DNA of 64,000 nt, from NCBI GenBank assembly GCA_963761335.1, contig CAVXGR010000018.1, forward strand, positions 1 through 64,000. Reading direction: 5' to 3'. The position numbers and the translations under genes were made by a program. Below, piece by piece: positions 28,881 through 39,181 of the stretch (positions are counted from its first letter, which is position 1; each line of letters opens with the position of its first letter). Source of the stretch: an uncultured delta proteobacterium. GTDB lineage: Bacteria > Desulfobacterota > Binatia > HRBIN30 > BPIQ01. A model generated the notes under the pieces. It made no database searches and had not been told where the DNA came from. It saw nothing but the letters and a program-made list of their open reading frames with translations.

Positions 28881-30254
28881 ATGAAGACGCGGACCATTGC
28901 CTTTCTCTTTCCGGCCTTTCCGGTGCTGCACCAGACCTTCGTCCTCTGGGAGGTGCTGGCGCTGCGGCGCCGCGGCGTGGACATCGCTCTCTACTCGATC
29001 AAGAAGCCGAGCACCCGCACCCAGCAGCCGGAGGGGGCGGCGCTCGCCGCCGAGGTGCACTACCTTCCCAGCATCTTCTCGGCGGCGGTGCTCTCCGCCA
29101 ATCTGGGAGCTCTGCGGCGCTCGCCCGGGCGCTATCTCGGCGCCTACGCGCGGCTGGTACGCGAATGCTGGCGCGACCGCCATGCCGGGCGGAGCTGGCG
29201 AAAGAAGAAGGTGGCCAGGGACGCCCCCGAACGGTTCGCCACCTATCGCGAGATTCTGCAGGGACGCTTCAACCGCAATCAGCTCGCCTATCTGCTGAAG
29301 TCCCTGTGGCTGGTGCCCAAGGCCGTCTACCTCGGGGCGCAGCTTCGCGAGCGCGGCATCGAGCGCGTGCACGGCCACTGGGCGAGCTATCCGGCGACCG
29401 TCGCCCTGGTCATCCGCTGGATCTACGGCATTCCCTACAGCTTCACCGCCCACGCCTACGACATCTACATGGTTTCCAGCCTGCTGCGCGCCAAGGTGAA
29501 CGAGGCCGAGTTCGTGGTCACCTGTGCCCGCGTCAACGCTGCCTACCTCGAATCGCTGGCCGGCTCCGAGCATCCGCACCGCATTCTGGTGAACTACCAC
29601 GGCGTGAGCCTCGATCGCTTCCATCCGGTGGAGCACAGCGGCGGCGGCGAGCAGCCGTGCCTGGTCACCTGCGGCAGGCTGGAGCCGTACAAGGGGCATC
29701 ACGTGCTGCTGCAGGCGTGCGCCATGATGAAGTCGCGTCCGCGCTGCATTCTCGTCGGCGAGGGGCCGCAGCGCGGCCGCCTCGAGCAGCTCGCCGCCGA
29801 GCTGGGCATCGCCGATCGGGTCACATTCACCGGACCGGTGCCGCAATCTGAGCTGGTGCGCCTGTACGAGAAGGCCGACGTCTTCGTCCTGGCGAGCGTG
29901 ATCCTGGAGCGCTCCGGCAAGCGCGACGTGATTCCCAACGTGCTCGCCGAGGCAATGGCAATGCAGCTCCCGGTGGTCGCCACCAGCGTGTCGGGGATCG
30001 GCGAGCTGGTCACGGACGGCGTCAGCGGCCGACTGGTCGCGCCCAACGACCCACGGGCTCTCGCCGAGGTGCTCGACGAGCTCCTGGCCGATCCCGAGCA
30101 ACGGCGCCGGCTGGCGCACGCCGGACGCGAGAAGGTTCTCGCCGAGTTCAATCGCGAAGCCAACATCGAGGATCTCGCCACGCTCTTCCGCGACGGGCGC
30201 TGGCCGGAAAGCGCTGCGGGGGGCGCGGCGGAGGTGGCGGCATGGTCGACATGA
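28881..30254 (+). CDS. GT4 glycosyltransferase (WcaL-like)
   Basis: FPVLHQTFV, SFTAHAYDIY, GRLEPYKG, DVIPNVLAEAMA, SGIGELV. Confidence 0.9.
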   Translation: MKTRTIAFLFPAFPVLHQTFVLWEVLALRRRGVDIALYSIKKPSTRTQQPEGAALAAEVHYLPSIFSAAVLSANLGALRRSPGRYLGAYARLVRECWRDRHAGRSWRKKKVARDAPERFATYREILQGRFNRNQLAYLLKSLWLVPKAVYLGAQLRERGIERVHGHWASYPATVALVIRWIYGIPYSFTAHAYDIYMVSSLLRAKVNEAEFVVTCARVNAAYLESLAGSEHPHRILVNYHGVSLDRFHPVEHSGGGEQPCLVTCGRLEPYKGHHVLLQACAMMKSRPRCILVGEGPQRGRLEQLAAELGIADRVTFTGPVPQSELVRLYEKADVFVLASVILERSGKRDVIPNVLAEAMAMQLPVVATSVSGIGELVTDGVSGRLVAPNDPRALAEVLDELLADPEQRRRLAHAGREKVLAEFNREANIEDLATLFRDGRWPESAAGGAAEVAAWST

Positions 30255-31345
30255 ACGCCATCGAGTGGGGGAGCTGCCTGCTCGAGCCTCTGCGTGACCC
30301 AGAGCAGGAGCGATTCCTGCGCAGGTCATTGCGAGCCGTGCCGCCGGCGGCGCGCTATCTGATGGACGTGCCCTGGTTGCTGCACACCATTGTGGCACTC
30401 GATTCGCTGCAGGCGCCGCGGAGGCAGCCGGATCTGGGCGCCCTCATCGCGCTGGTGGTCAGCCAGGACAACTCGTGTCGTTACTGCTACGCGGCGACGC
30501 GCAGCATTCTGAAGATCATCGGCTTCCCGGAGTGGCGCATCCGCCAGCTCCAGGAGGACATGCACAGCGCCGACCTGAGCCGCGAGGAGCGGCTGGCGAT
30601 CGAGTTCGCACGCCGTGTGTCGCGGGGCAGTCCGCTGGCGACGCGTCTCGACGCCGCACCGCTGCTGGAAGCCGGCTACAGTGAGAAATCGGTGCGCGAG
30701 CTGGCGGTCGTTTCGGTGACCAACGTGTTCTACAACCGCGTCGCCACTCTGCCGGCGCTGCCGCCGGAGGAGGTTGCCGGGCTTCCGGACCGCTGGTTCG
30801 TGCGCCTGCTGCGGCCGTTGGTGGCCCGCTTCTTCCGTCGCCGCTTCGAGCAGCGGGGCGAGCGCGACACACTCACGGCGGCAGAGCGCCAGGGGCCGTT
30901 CTCGGCGATCGTCGTCGCCCTCGACGGCCTGCCGGCCGCGGTCAAGCTCCGGCAGATCCTCGACGAGGCCTGGGCCTCGCCGCTTCTCGGCCGACGCGCC
31001 AAGGCGCTGGTGTTCGCCGTCGTCGCCCGCGGCCTCGGCTGTCCGCTCTCGGAGCGTGAGGCGACGCGGCTTCTGCTGGCCGAGGGCATGACCGAGGAGC
31101 AGGTCGAGCACGCCCTGGCCAATCTCGCGTCTCCTGTCCTCGACCCTGTGGAGTCGGCGGTGGTGCCGTTCGCGCGCGAGACCATTTGGTATCGTCCGGC
31201 GCAGATCCAGCGCCGCGCCCGCGCCGTTCGCCAGCAGCTCTCGCGAGCCCAGTTCGTCGAGCTCGTGGGTCTGGCGGCGCTGGCCAACTCCCTCTGCCGC
31301 CTCAGCGTCGTTCTCGATCTGGCGCGAACGCGGGCAGAGACCTGA
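30251..31345 (+). CDS. Two-domain AhpD/carboxymuconolactone-decarboxylase-like protein
   Basis: LVVSQDNSCRYC in domain 1, AVVARGLGCPLS in domain 2, helical AhpD-like repeats; ATGA overlap with the GT4 stop. Confidence 0.7.
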   Translation: MNAIEWGSCLLEPLRDPEQERFLRRSLRAVPPAARYLMDVPWLLHTIVALDSLQAPRRQPDLGALIALVVSQDNSCRYCYAATRSILKIIGFPEWRIRQLQEDMHSADLSREERLAIEFARRVSRGSPLATRLDAAPLLEAGYSEKSVRELAVVSVTNVFYNRVATLPALPPEEVAGLPDRWFVRLLRPLVARFFRRRFEQRGERDTLTAAERQGPFSAIVVALDGLPAAVKLRQILDEAWASPLLGRRAKALVFAVVARGLGCPLSEREATRLLLAEGMTEEQVEHALANLASPVLDPVESAVVPFARETIWYRPAQIQRRARAVRQQLSRAQFVELVGLAALANSLCRLSVVLDLARTRAET

Positions 31346-31360
31346 GGGTTCCGGAGGCCG

Positions 31361-32182
31361 ATGCTCGCACTCTGGCTCGCGCTTCTGGCCGCGGTGGGCC
31401 TGCTGATCGGCTCGGGGTTGTGGCTGCGCCGCAGCCGGCGCGAGGTCGGACGACTGCGGCGGCGGCTGGAGGCGGCCTCCAGCGAGCTCCAGCACCTGCA
31501 GGTGTCCTTCAGTCGCTTTGCCCCGCAACAGGTGGTCGAGCGCATCGTCGCCAGCGGCGTGGCGACCAGCGCCGAGAAGCGCCAGGTCACGGTGCTCTTC
31601 GCCGACCTGGTGAGCTTCACCGCGCTCAGCGAACGGCTGGCGCCGGAGGTTCTCGTCAAGCTGCTGAACGACTATTTCGTGCGCATGAGCATGGTCATCA
31701 GCGAGCACCGCGGGCACGTTTCGAAGTTCATTGGCGACGGGCTGATGGCGTTCTTCGGGGCGCTGGAGCCGAATCCCTGGCAGATCAACGACGCCGTCGG
31801 TGCGGCGCTGGCGATGCGCGAGGCGCTGGCTGCCTACAACCTCGAGCTACAGGCGGCCGGGCTGCCGGCGCTTCGCTTCGGCATCGGCATTCACTGTGGC
31901 TCGGCAATTGCCGGGGTGATCGGCAGCCACGAGCTCATGGAGTTCACCGTCATCGGGCGCGCCGTCAACCTGGCGGCCCGGGTCGAGCGCCTGACGCGCG
32001 GGCACGAGGTCGACATTCTGGTGACCGACGCCGTGCGCGCGGCGCTGGACCCCCGCATCCGCGTGCGCGAGCTGCCGCCGGCACGGCTCCGCGGCATTGC
32101 CGATCCAGCGGTGATCTACGCCGTCGACGGAATTGCGGAGCCGGCATCCGGCGAAGCGGGGGCGCGCCTAGGCAGTCACTGA
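31361..32182 (+). CDS. Membrane-anchored class III adenylate cyclase
   Basis: N-terminal TM and coiled coil; VLFADLVSFT, KFIGDG, GIGIHCG, VIGRAVNLAARVE. Confidence 0.92.
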   Translation: MLALWLALLAAVGLLIGSGLWLRRSRREVGRLRRRLEAASSELQHLQVSFSRFAPQQVVERIVASGVATSAEKRQVTVLFADLVSFTALSERLAPEVLVKLLNDYFVRMSMVISEHRGHVSKFIGDGLMAFFGALEPNPWQINDAVGAALAMREALAAYNLELQAAGLPALRFGIGIHCGSAIAGVIGSHELMEFTVIGRAVNLAARVERLTRGHEVDILVTDAVRAALDPRIRVRELPPARLRGIADPAVIYAVDGIAEPASGEAGARLGSH

Positions 32183-32301
32183 CGGCCTGGATGCCCTTGG
32201 TGCCCGCTGTCCTCGGCGCGTCGATCAGGGGCAGCGGGCAGTATATCCTCGCAGCCGTTCACCATTTTTTCGCCCGCGGCAATTGTAACCACTACACATC
32301 C

Positions 32302-32691
32302 TCAGGCCGCCTGCCGCAGAGCGGCGGAGCCGGTGTCGGACAGCAGCTCTTCGCGCAGGTGCTCCGGGGAGAGATTCAGCATCTCGCAGATGTTCACGAA
32401 TGAGTAGGGCCAGCTGAGGTCGCTCGAGGCCACCCAACTATAGGCCTCCATGTAGAGCCGCTGGCGCTTCGATCTGCGGGCATAGCGATACTTCTGCAGA
32501 TCCAGGACGGCCTGCTTGAGGACCTCGAGAGCCAGACGCTGCTCGGCCGTCCGCGCTCTGGTCTTGCTCCACACCTCGTAGAACTGCACGGGCCGTATGG
32601 CAGTGGGGGCGAGGATCTCGCCGATGACGATGTCCGTCTCCATCCGCGTTTCGCTGATCGATGCGGTCGCGCCGCCTGATGCTGTCCACAT
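32302..32691 (-). CDS. Hypothetical protein
   Basis: 129 aa with SD GAAGGGAG; globular-looking segment EQRLALEVLKQAVLDL...WV...WPYSFVNICE. Alternative start at 32643. Confidence 0.75.
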   Translation of the reverse strand: MWTASGGATASISETRMETDIVIGEILAPTAIRPVQFYEVWSKTRARTAEQRLALEVLKQAVLDLQKYRYARRSKRQRLYMEAYSWVASSDLSWPYSFVNICEMLNLSPEHLREELLSDTGSAALRQAA

Positions 32692-32897
32692 GGCTGTTCT
32701 CCCTTCGTGCCCGTGTCGGTTTGCCTGGAAGGTCCGGGCCCTCCGCTTTGCGAATGCTCAGGGCAGCCATCACCAAGATCCGGGCCAACAAGATCCGCTC
32801 GGGAACCTGAAGGCACAGGAGTCTCAATCAGCCGAACGCAGAGAAAGAATTACAACCTCGAGGAGCGAGGCGGGGGAGGGCGACCGGCGCCCGCGTT

Positions 32898-33449
32898 TTA
32901 TCCGTCGCAGTGAAGCAGGTGGAGGACGTCGGCGAGCAGGGGAGCCCTGCGGTCCCGCTCCGAGAGGAGCGGGTCGCGCACCGGCCAGGCGATGGCCAGC
33001 TGGGGATCATTCCAGCGAATGCTGATCTCGTCCTCGGGGTCGTAGAAGGCGCTGCACTTGTACTCGATCTCGGCCGACTCACTGACGACGCAGAAGCCGT
33101 GTGCGAAGCCGACGGGCACATAGCACTGCCGGAGGTTTTCCGCCGAGAGAACGACGCCGAACCACTGTGCGAGGGTCGGCGACGCCGGCCGCAGATCGAC
33201 GGTGACGTCGAAGATCTCACCGTGCACGACGCGCACCAGCTTTGCCTGGGGTTGCCGGCACTGGGCGTGCAGGCCGCGCAGAGTGCCGCGCCCGGAGCGC
33301 GAGTGGTTGTCCTGGACGAAGGTGTCGGTGATGCCGCCCTCGGCGTACTTGCGGGCGTGATAGCTCTCGAGGAAGAAGCCGCGGCGGTCGCGATGAACGT
33401 CCGGATCGATGACCATGACCCCGGGCAGGGGGGCGGCGAAGATCTTCAC
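32898..33449 (-). CDS. rfbC: dTDP-4-dehydrorhamnose 3,5-epimerase
   Basis: [43 protein letters not shown] overlap with rfbA. Confidence 0.96.
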   Translation of the reverse strand: MKIFAAPLPGVMVIDPDVHRDRRGFFLESYHARKYAEGGITDTFVQDNHSRSGRGTLRGLHAQCRQPQAKLVRVVHGEIFDVTVDLRPASPTLAQWFGVVLSAENLRQCYVPVGFAHGFCVVSESAEIEYKCSAFYDPEDEISIRWNDPQLAIAWPVRDPLLSERDRRAPLLADVLHLLHCDG

Positions 33450-34318
33450 GGCGCCTGCTCCAGGATCTGGAGCAGGTACTGTCCGTAGGTGCTGCGTTCC
33501 ATGCTGCGGGCCAGGCGCAGCGCCTCGGTGCGGTCGATGTAGCCCATGCGGTAGGCGATCTCCTCGATGCAGGCCACCTTGAGACCCTGGCGCTCCTCGA
33601 TCGCCTGAATGAAGTTGGACGCCTGGAGCAGTGCCTCGTGGGTGCCGGTGTCGAGCCAGGCGATGCCGCGCCCCAGCTTCTCCACCTGCAGCTCGCCGGC
33701 GTGCAGGTAGACCATGTTGAGGTCGGTGATCTCCAGCTCGCCGCGTGCCGACGGCCGCAGCGTCGAGGCGATGTCGGCGGCGCGGCCGTCGTAGAAGTAG
33801 AGGCCGGTCACCGCATAGGACGATTTCGGCTGGGCGGGCTTCTCCTCGAGGCCGCGGGCGCGACCCTCGGCGTCGAACTCGACGACCCCGTAGCGCTGTG
33901 GATCGCGCACCGGATAGCCGAAGACGGTGGCGCCGTGCCCTCTGCCGGCGGCGCGCCGCAGATAGTCCGCCAGCCCGTGGCCGTAGAAGAGATTGTCTCC
34001 CAGGGCCAGGGCGACCCCGGAGCCGCCGATGAACTCGCGGCCGATGATCAGCGCCTGGGCGATGCCCTCCGGTCGCTCCTGCACCGCGTAGCGGAACTGC
34101 ATGCCGAGGGCCGTGCCGTCGCCGAGGAGCCGGCGGAAGGACTCCTGCTCCGCGGGCGTGGTGATCACCAGGATCTCCCGAATCCCGGCGAGCATCAGCG
34201 TCGACAGCGGATAGTAGACCATCGGCTTGTCGTAGATGGGCACGAGGTGCTTGCTGACGGCGCGCGTCAGGGGAAAAAGGCGGGTCCCCGAACCCCCGGC
34301 GAGAATGATCCCCTTCAT
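33446..34318 (-). CDS. rfbA: Glucose-1-phosphate thymidylyltransferase
   Basis: [50 protein letters not shown]. Confidence 0.97.
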   Translation of the reverse strand: MKGIILAGGSGTRLFPLTRAVSKHLVPIYDKPMVYYPLSTLMLAGIREILVITTPAEQESFRRLLGDGTALGMQFRYAVQERPEGIAQALIIGREFIGGSGVALALGDNLFYGHGLADYLRRAAGRGHGATVFGYPVRDPQRYGVVEFDAEGRARGLEEKPAQPKSSYAVTGLYFYDGRAADIASTLRPSARGELEITDLNMVYLHAGELQVEKLGRGIAWLDTGTHEALLQASNFIQAIEERQGLKVACIEEIAYRMGYIDRTEALRLARSMERSTYGQYLLQILEQAP

Positions 34319-34397
34319 CGCTGTCTCCGTCTCTCGCGCCCGCTTGCGGCGGCCGAACATACCGCGAACCGGCCCCCGGCGCCAAATCGCCCGACGG

Positions 34398-36713
34398 CTA
34401 CTTGGGCGCGCCGTCGATCTGGAGCTCGTCGTCGTCGACCGGGAGAACGAAGCGAAAGATCGTGCCGCCCTCCGGGTTGGGCTCACAGGTGAGGCTACCG
34501 CCGTGGGTTTCGACGATGGAGCGGCAGATGGAGAGGCCGATTCCGAGCCCCTCCTGCTTGGTGGTGACGAAGGCGTCGAACAGCGTCGAGGTGACCTCGG
34601 CGGAGACTCCGGGGCCGTTGTCGGCCACGACCACCTCGAGCCCCTCTTTCGAGAGCGCCGTTCGCACCGTCAGGCGCGCCTGCAGCGGCTCGCCGGCCAC
34701 TGCCTCGATGCCGTTGCGCAACAGGTTGAGCACGACCTGCTCGATCTGGATGCCGTCGACACGTACGGCGGGCAGCGCGCCGGCCAGCTCGAGCTTCAGG
34801 CGGATGTCGTGACGCCGCGCCTCTTCCTGGACGAAGCGCACGGCCTCCTCGACCAGCTGATTGAGGTTCACCCATTCCCGGTGCGATTCTCCCTTGCGCA
34901 CGAAGCTGCGAATGCGGCGGATGATCTCGCTGGCCCGCAGCGCCTGCGAGGATATCTGCTCGAGGGCTTCGAAGATCCTGTCGGGGCTGCCGGTGCCGGC
35001 CCGCAGGCGCCGCTCGCAGCCCTTGGCGTAGCTGACGATCGCGGAGAGTGGGTTGTTGACCTCGTGGGCGAAGGCGGCGGCCATCTCCCCCATGGTGCGC
35101 AGGCGCAGGAAATGCGCCAGCTCCGCCTGCCGGCGCTGGGCTTCCGCTTCCGCCTGCTTGCGCCGGCTGATGTCGCTGAGCGAGCCGGCCATGCGGTGCG
35201 GCTGCCCGTCGGCGCGGCGGATGCACAGGCCGCGGGCGAGCATCCAGCGGTAGTCACCGTCCTTGTGGCGCAGCCGGTGCTCACTGCGGTAGTCGGCGGC
35301 GCGTCCCTCGAGGTGGGCCTGGATGTCGGCGACGGCGCGGGCGTGGTCGTCCGGGTGGACGCGCGAGCGCCAGGCCTCGACGTGCGGCTCGATCTCGTCG
35401 TCGGCGTGCCCCAGCAGGGCCTTCCAGCGGGGCGAGAAGTACACCTCGTCGGTCTCGATGTTCCAGTCCCAGAGCCCGTCGTTGGCTCCGGCGACCGCCA
35501 GGGCAAAGCGCTCCTCGCTGATGCGCAGCGCCTCTTCGAACTGGCGTCGCTCGGTGACGTCGCGGGTGTTGACGATGATGCCCTGCACCGCCGGCTCGTG
35601 CAGGAGGTTGGTGGCGATGTTCTCGAGCCAGCGGATCGAGCCGTCGCGGTGGCGGTAGCGGAAGCACGCGTGGCGGGTTTCGCCCGGATGCTGCATCATC
35701 TCGGCGATGATCTGCCGGGCCGCAGCGACGTCGTCCTCGTGCAGGAGACCGAAGGCGTCGGTACCGATGATCCTCTCGCTGGGATAGCCGAGCATGTCTT
35801 CGATCGCCGGGCCCATGTAGCTCACCTTCGCCTGGGCGTCGATCAGCACGATCAGGTCCGTGCTCTTCTCGATGAGGGCGCGGAAGCGCTTCTCGCTCTC
35901 GCGCATCGCTTCCGCGGTCTGCTTGATCTCGGTGACGTCGAAAGCGGTGCCGAGCACCGCCGATTCTCCCTGGAAGCGAATGACTCCGGCGCTGAAGCTC
36001 ACCCAGCGCACCCCGCCCGTCTTGGTGACGATCTTCACGTCGTAGGTGGCGGGCACCTCCTCGCCGCGCTGCCGGGCCAGGCCGCGCTCGCGCACCAGGT
36101 CGCGAAAGTCCGGGTGAATGACGTTCCAGAAGGTCATGGCCTCGAGCTCTTCGCGGCTGTACCCGGTGATGCTCTCCGCCGCCGGGTTGGCGTAGCGCAT
36201 CTCGGTCCCCTGGAAGATGAAGATGGCGGTGGCCACGGTCTCGGCGAGAGTGCGGAACTTGGCTTCGTTCTCGCGCAGCGCCGAGTCGGCGAGGCGGCGC
36301 GCGGTGACGTCGCGCGCCGTGGCGAGGACGCACTCGATGCCGGGAAGCGAGACGTAGCTGGCGGTGATGTCGACGGGAAAGCGGCTGCCGTCCTTGCGCC
36401 GGTGCTCGGTCTCGACCACGCTCGGCTCGCCCGGGTGCTCCTTCAACGCCTGCCAGCGAGAGCGCCAGCGCTCCGTGGTGATCGCCTCGTCGATGTCGTT
36501 CAGGAATTTCGTCAGCAGCTCGGCGCGCGGATAACCGAGGGCGCGACAGGCGGCCGTGTTCACGTAGAGGAGGCGGCCGTCACTGCCGATCCAGAAGGTG
36601 GGATCGGCGGCGTGGTCGAGAAAGAGCTGCGTCAGCTGCAGCCCTTCGCTCCATTCCCCACTCGGCTCGCTCGCCTGTATGCCGGCGGTGCGGCTGCTCA
36701 CCCTGGACCCCAC
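34398..36713 (-). CDS. Cytoplasmic sensor histidine kinase with four PAS/PAC domains (FixL/NtrB-like core)
   Basis: Four PAS repeats; [35 protein letters not shown]. Confidence 0.92.
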   Translation of the reverse strand: MGSRVSSRTAGIQASEPSGEWSEGLQLTQLFLDHAADPTFWIGSDGRLLYVNTAACRALGYPRAELLTKFLNDIDEAITTERWRSRWQALKEHPGEPSVVETEHRRKDGSRFPVDITASYVSLPGIECVLATARDVTARRLADSALRENEAKFRTLAETVATAIFIFQGTEMRYANPAAESITGYSREELEAMTFWNVIHPDFRDLVRERGLARQRGEEVPATYDVKIVTKTGGVRWVSFSAGVIRFQGESAVLGTAFDVTEIKQTAEAMRESEKRFRALIEKSTDLIVLIDAQAKVSYMGPAIEDMLGYPSERIIGTDAFGLLHEDDVAAARQIIAEMMQHPGETRHACFRYRHRDGSIRWLENIATNLLHEPAVQGIIVNTRDVTERRQFEEALRISEERFALAVAGANDGLWDWNIETDEVYFSPRWKALLGHADDEIEPHVEAWRSRVHPDDHARAVADIQAHLEGRAADYRSEHRLRHKDGDYRWMLARGLCIRRADGQPHRMAGSLSDISRRKQAEAEAQRRQAELAHFLRLRTMGEMAAAFAHEVNNPLSAIVSYAKGCERRLRAGTGSPDRIFEALEQISSQALRASEIIRRIRSFVRKGESHREWVNLNQLVEEAVRFVQEEARRHDIRLKLELAGALPAVRVDGIQIEQVVLNLLRNGIEAVAGEPLQARLTVRTALSKEGLEVVVADNGPGVSAEVTSTLFDAFVTTKQEGLGIGLSICRSIVETHGGSLTCEPNPEGGTIFRFVLPVDDDELQIDGAPK

Positions 36714-36749
36714 TCCCTGCCAGCTCTGCCTCGCCGCTGTCCCGCGGCC

Positions 36750-36974
36750 TCAGGCGATGATGGAGATTCGCCACTGCTGCGCGTCGACGGCGGCGACCTC
36801 GTCGACCACCCATCCCTGGGCTTCAGCCGCCCGGGGGATGTCGCGCACTCCCTTGGGATCGTCGAGGATCAGAACCAGGGGGGTGCCCGCCGGCAGCTGC
36901 TCCAGGCGCACCTTGGCCCGCGCCCAGTTGAGCGGGCAGCGAACGCCCCGTAGGTCTATCCTCTCCGGCTGCAT
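36750..36974 (-). CDS. TusA-family sulfur carrier protein
   Basis: IDLRGVRCPLN motif, 74 aa, DD...DIP. Confidence 0.88.
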   Translation of the reverse strand: MQPERIDLRGVRCPLNWARAKVRLEQLPAGTPLVLILDDPKGVRDIPRAAEAQGWVVDEVAAVDAQQWRISIIA

Positions 36975-37108
36975 GTGACGTCCTGTTCATCCCCGTCGAA
37001 CACCCTGCTATAGTCGCCGCCAGCTTCGCTAAAGTCAAAGCCGCTGGGGCGCTGGCCGGGCGCGTGAGACCCCGGTGAGATCCTGTCCGCTCTCGTGAGA
37101 TCCGTCTG

Positions 37109-39085
37109 ATGGAACGCTACACTCTGCGCCGCGAGTCGGTGCCGCCGCGGCAAGCGCAATACCGCATCGACTACGCCGAGGCCCTCAACCCGGCGCAGCT
37201 GGAGGCCGTCACCGCGGTCGAGGGGCCGGTGCTGGTGGTTGCCGGCGCCGGCAGCGGCAAGACGCGGACGCTGGTCTACCGGGTCGCCCGGCTGGTCGAG
37301 AGCGGCGTCGACCCCGGCCACATTCTCCTGCTCACCTTCACCCGCAAGGCGGCCGGCGAGATGCTGCGCCGCGCCAGCCGGCTGCTCGACGGGCGCTGCG
37401 AGCGGGTCGCCGGCGGCACCTTCCATTCCTTCGCCAACAACGTCTTGCGGCGGCACGGCGACGCCATCGGGCTGAACCGCGCCTTCACCATCCTCGATCG
37501 GGGCGACGCGGAGGACGTGATCAACCTGCTGCGCGCCGAGCGGGGGCTCGACCGCAAGGACAGACGCTTCCCGCGCAAGCAGGCGATTGCCGAGATCTTC
37601 AGCATGGCGGTGAACAAATCGCGACGGCTCGAGGACCTGCTCGAGGACGAGTACATCCATCTGCTCGACCACGGCGAGGATCTGGCGCAGCTGCAGCAGA
37701 GGTACGCCGCCTACAAGGCGGAGCAGCAGCTCTTGGATTACGACGATCTCCTTCTCCATCTGCGGCGCCTCCTGCTCGAGGCGGAGCCGGTGCGCCAGCG
37801 TCTCGGGCAGCAGTACCGCTATCTGATGGTGGACGAGTATCAGGACACCAACCGATTGCAGGCCGAGATCGTGCGCCTGCTCGCCTGCGGCCACGACAAC
37901 GTCATGGCGGTTGGCGACGACGCGCAGAGCATCTACTCGTTCCGCGGCGCCGATTTTCGCAACATCATGGAGTTTCCGGCGCTGTTCGCCGGCACCCGCA
38001 TCATCACCCTGGAGGAGAACTACCGCAGTACCCAGTCGATTCTCGACGTCACCAACGCCATCATCGAGCGCGCCCGCGAGCGCTATACCAAGAAGCTGTT
38101 CACCCGCCGCCCCGGAGGGACGCCGCCGCTGCTGGTGGCCGGCGACGAGGAGCAGCATCAGTCGCGCTTCGTCTGCCAACGCATCCTCGAGCTGCGCGAG
38201 GAGGGAGTGCCGCTGCACGAGATCGCCGTGCTCTTTCGCTCCAGCTTCCATTCGTTCGATCTCGAGATCGAGCTGGCGCGCTGCGACATCCCCTTCGTCA
38301 AGCGCGGCGGTTTCAAGTTCATCGAGACGGCGCACATCAAGGACGTCCTGGCGCACCTGCGGGTGCTGGCGAACCCGCGCGACGCGGTCTCCTGGCACCG
38401 CATTCTCCTGCTGCTCGATGGCATCGGGCCGCGCACCAGCGAGGCCCTGGTGCGCGTCCTGCGCGAGTCGCCGGACGCGCCCACCGCTCTCGAGCAGGGC
38501 GGCGTCCGCGGCAACGCCGTCGAGGTGCGGGCTCTGGCGGACCTGCTGCGGCGCCTGTCGTCGATCGGCGCGCCGGGGGAGCAGCTGTCGCTGGTCCTGC
38601 GCTACTACGAGCCTCTGCTCAAGCGCGCCTACAGAGAGGACTATCCGAAGCGGCAGCGCGATCTCGAGCAGTTCTCGGTGATCGCGGCGCGCTATCAGAG
38701 CCTCGAAGCGCTGCTCTCCGACATGGCTCTCGAGCCGCCCGGAGACAGCGTCGGCGACGTGCTGGCCGCGGATGCCGACGACGAGGGGGCGCTGACCCTG
38801 TCGACCATCCATTCCGCCAAGGGCCTCGAGTGGCACACCGTTTTCGTCATCTGGGTCGTCGACGGCCGCTTTCCCTCGCTGTACAGCGTCAACGACGAGG
38901 AGGCGCTCGAGGAGGAACGGCGCCTCCTCTACGTCGCCGCCACCCGCGCCAAGGACCATCTCCACCTCACCTATCCGATGCGCGTCTTCGACCGCGCCTC
39001 GGGGATGGTCCTCGGCAGGCCTTCGCGCTTCGTCGACGACATCCCCGCGGAGCTGCTGAAGGCGGTGATGCTGGTGGAAGGCTGA
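37109..39085 (+). CDS. UvrD/PcrA/Rep-family ATP-dependent DNA helicase
   Basis: LNPAQ, AGAGSGKT, TFTRKAA, DEYQDTN, VGDDAQSIYSFRGA, NYRST, TIHSAKGLEW, EERRLLYVAATRA. Confidence 0.95.
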   Translation: MERYTLRRESVPPRQAQYRIDYAEALNPAQLEAVTAVEGPVLVVAGAGSGKTRTLVYRVARLVESGVDPGHILLLTFTRKAAGEMLRRASRLLDGRCERVAGGTFHSFANNVLRRHGDAIGLNRAFTILDRGDAEDVINLLRAERGLDRKDRRFPRKQAIAEIFSMAVNKSRRLEDLLEDEYIHLLDHGEDLAQLQQRYAAYKAEQQLLDYDDLLLHLRRLLLEAEPVRQRLGQQYRYLMVDEYQDTNRLQAEIVRLLACGHDNVMAVGDDAQSIYSFRGADFRNIMEFPALFAGTRIITLEENYRSTQSILDVTNAIIERARERYTKKLFTRRPGGTPPLLVAGDEEQHQSRFVCQRILELREEGVPLHEIAVLFRSSFHSFDLEIELARCDIPFVKRGGFKFIETAHIKDVLAHLRVLANPRDAVSWHRILLLLDGIGPRTSEALVRVLRESPDAPTALEQGGVRGNAVEVRALADLLRRLSSIGAPGEQLSLVLRYYEPLLKRAYREDYPKRQRDLEQFSVIAARYQSLEALLSDMALEPPGDSVGDVLAADADDEGALTLSTIHSAKGLEWHTVFVIWVVDGRFPSLYSVNDEEALEEERRLLYVAATRAKDHLHLTYPMRVFDRASGMVLGRPSRFVDDIPAELLKAVMLVEG

Positions 39086-39096
39086 CGAACGGCCAG

Positions 39097-39148
39097 AGTA
39101 GAAGCGGCGTCTCGCCGCTTCCGCAAGCGCCGAGGCGGCGCTTCTACT
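39097..39148. repeat. GTAG-type REP doublet, family A copy 3
   Basis: AGTAGAAGCGGCGTCTCGCCGCTTCCGCAAGCGCCGAGGCGGCGCTTCTACT. Confidence 0.85.
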
Positions 39149-39181
39149 CGGCGCCGCTTCGTGCCATATCGCAGGGGCCTC

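Noticed and set aside
32692..32897. c-di-GMP-I riboswitch (GGCAAACC and CGCAAAGC present on the minus strand)
   Set aside because: The two motifs are in the wrong order and the P2 GNRA stem is absent; an Infernal search would be needed to exclude it formally.
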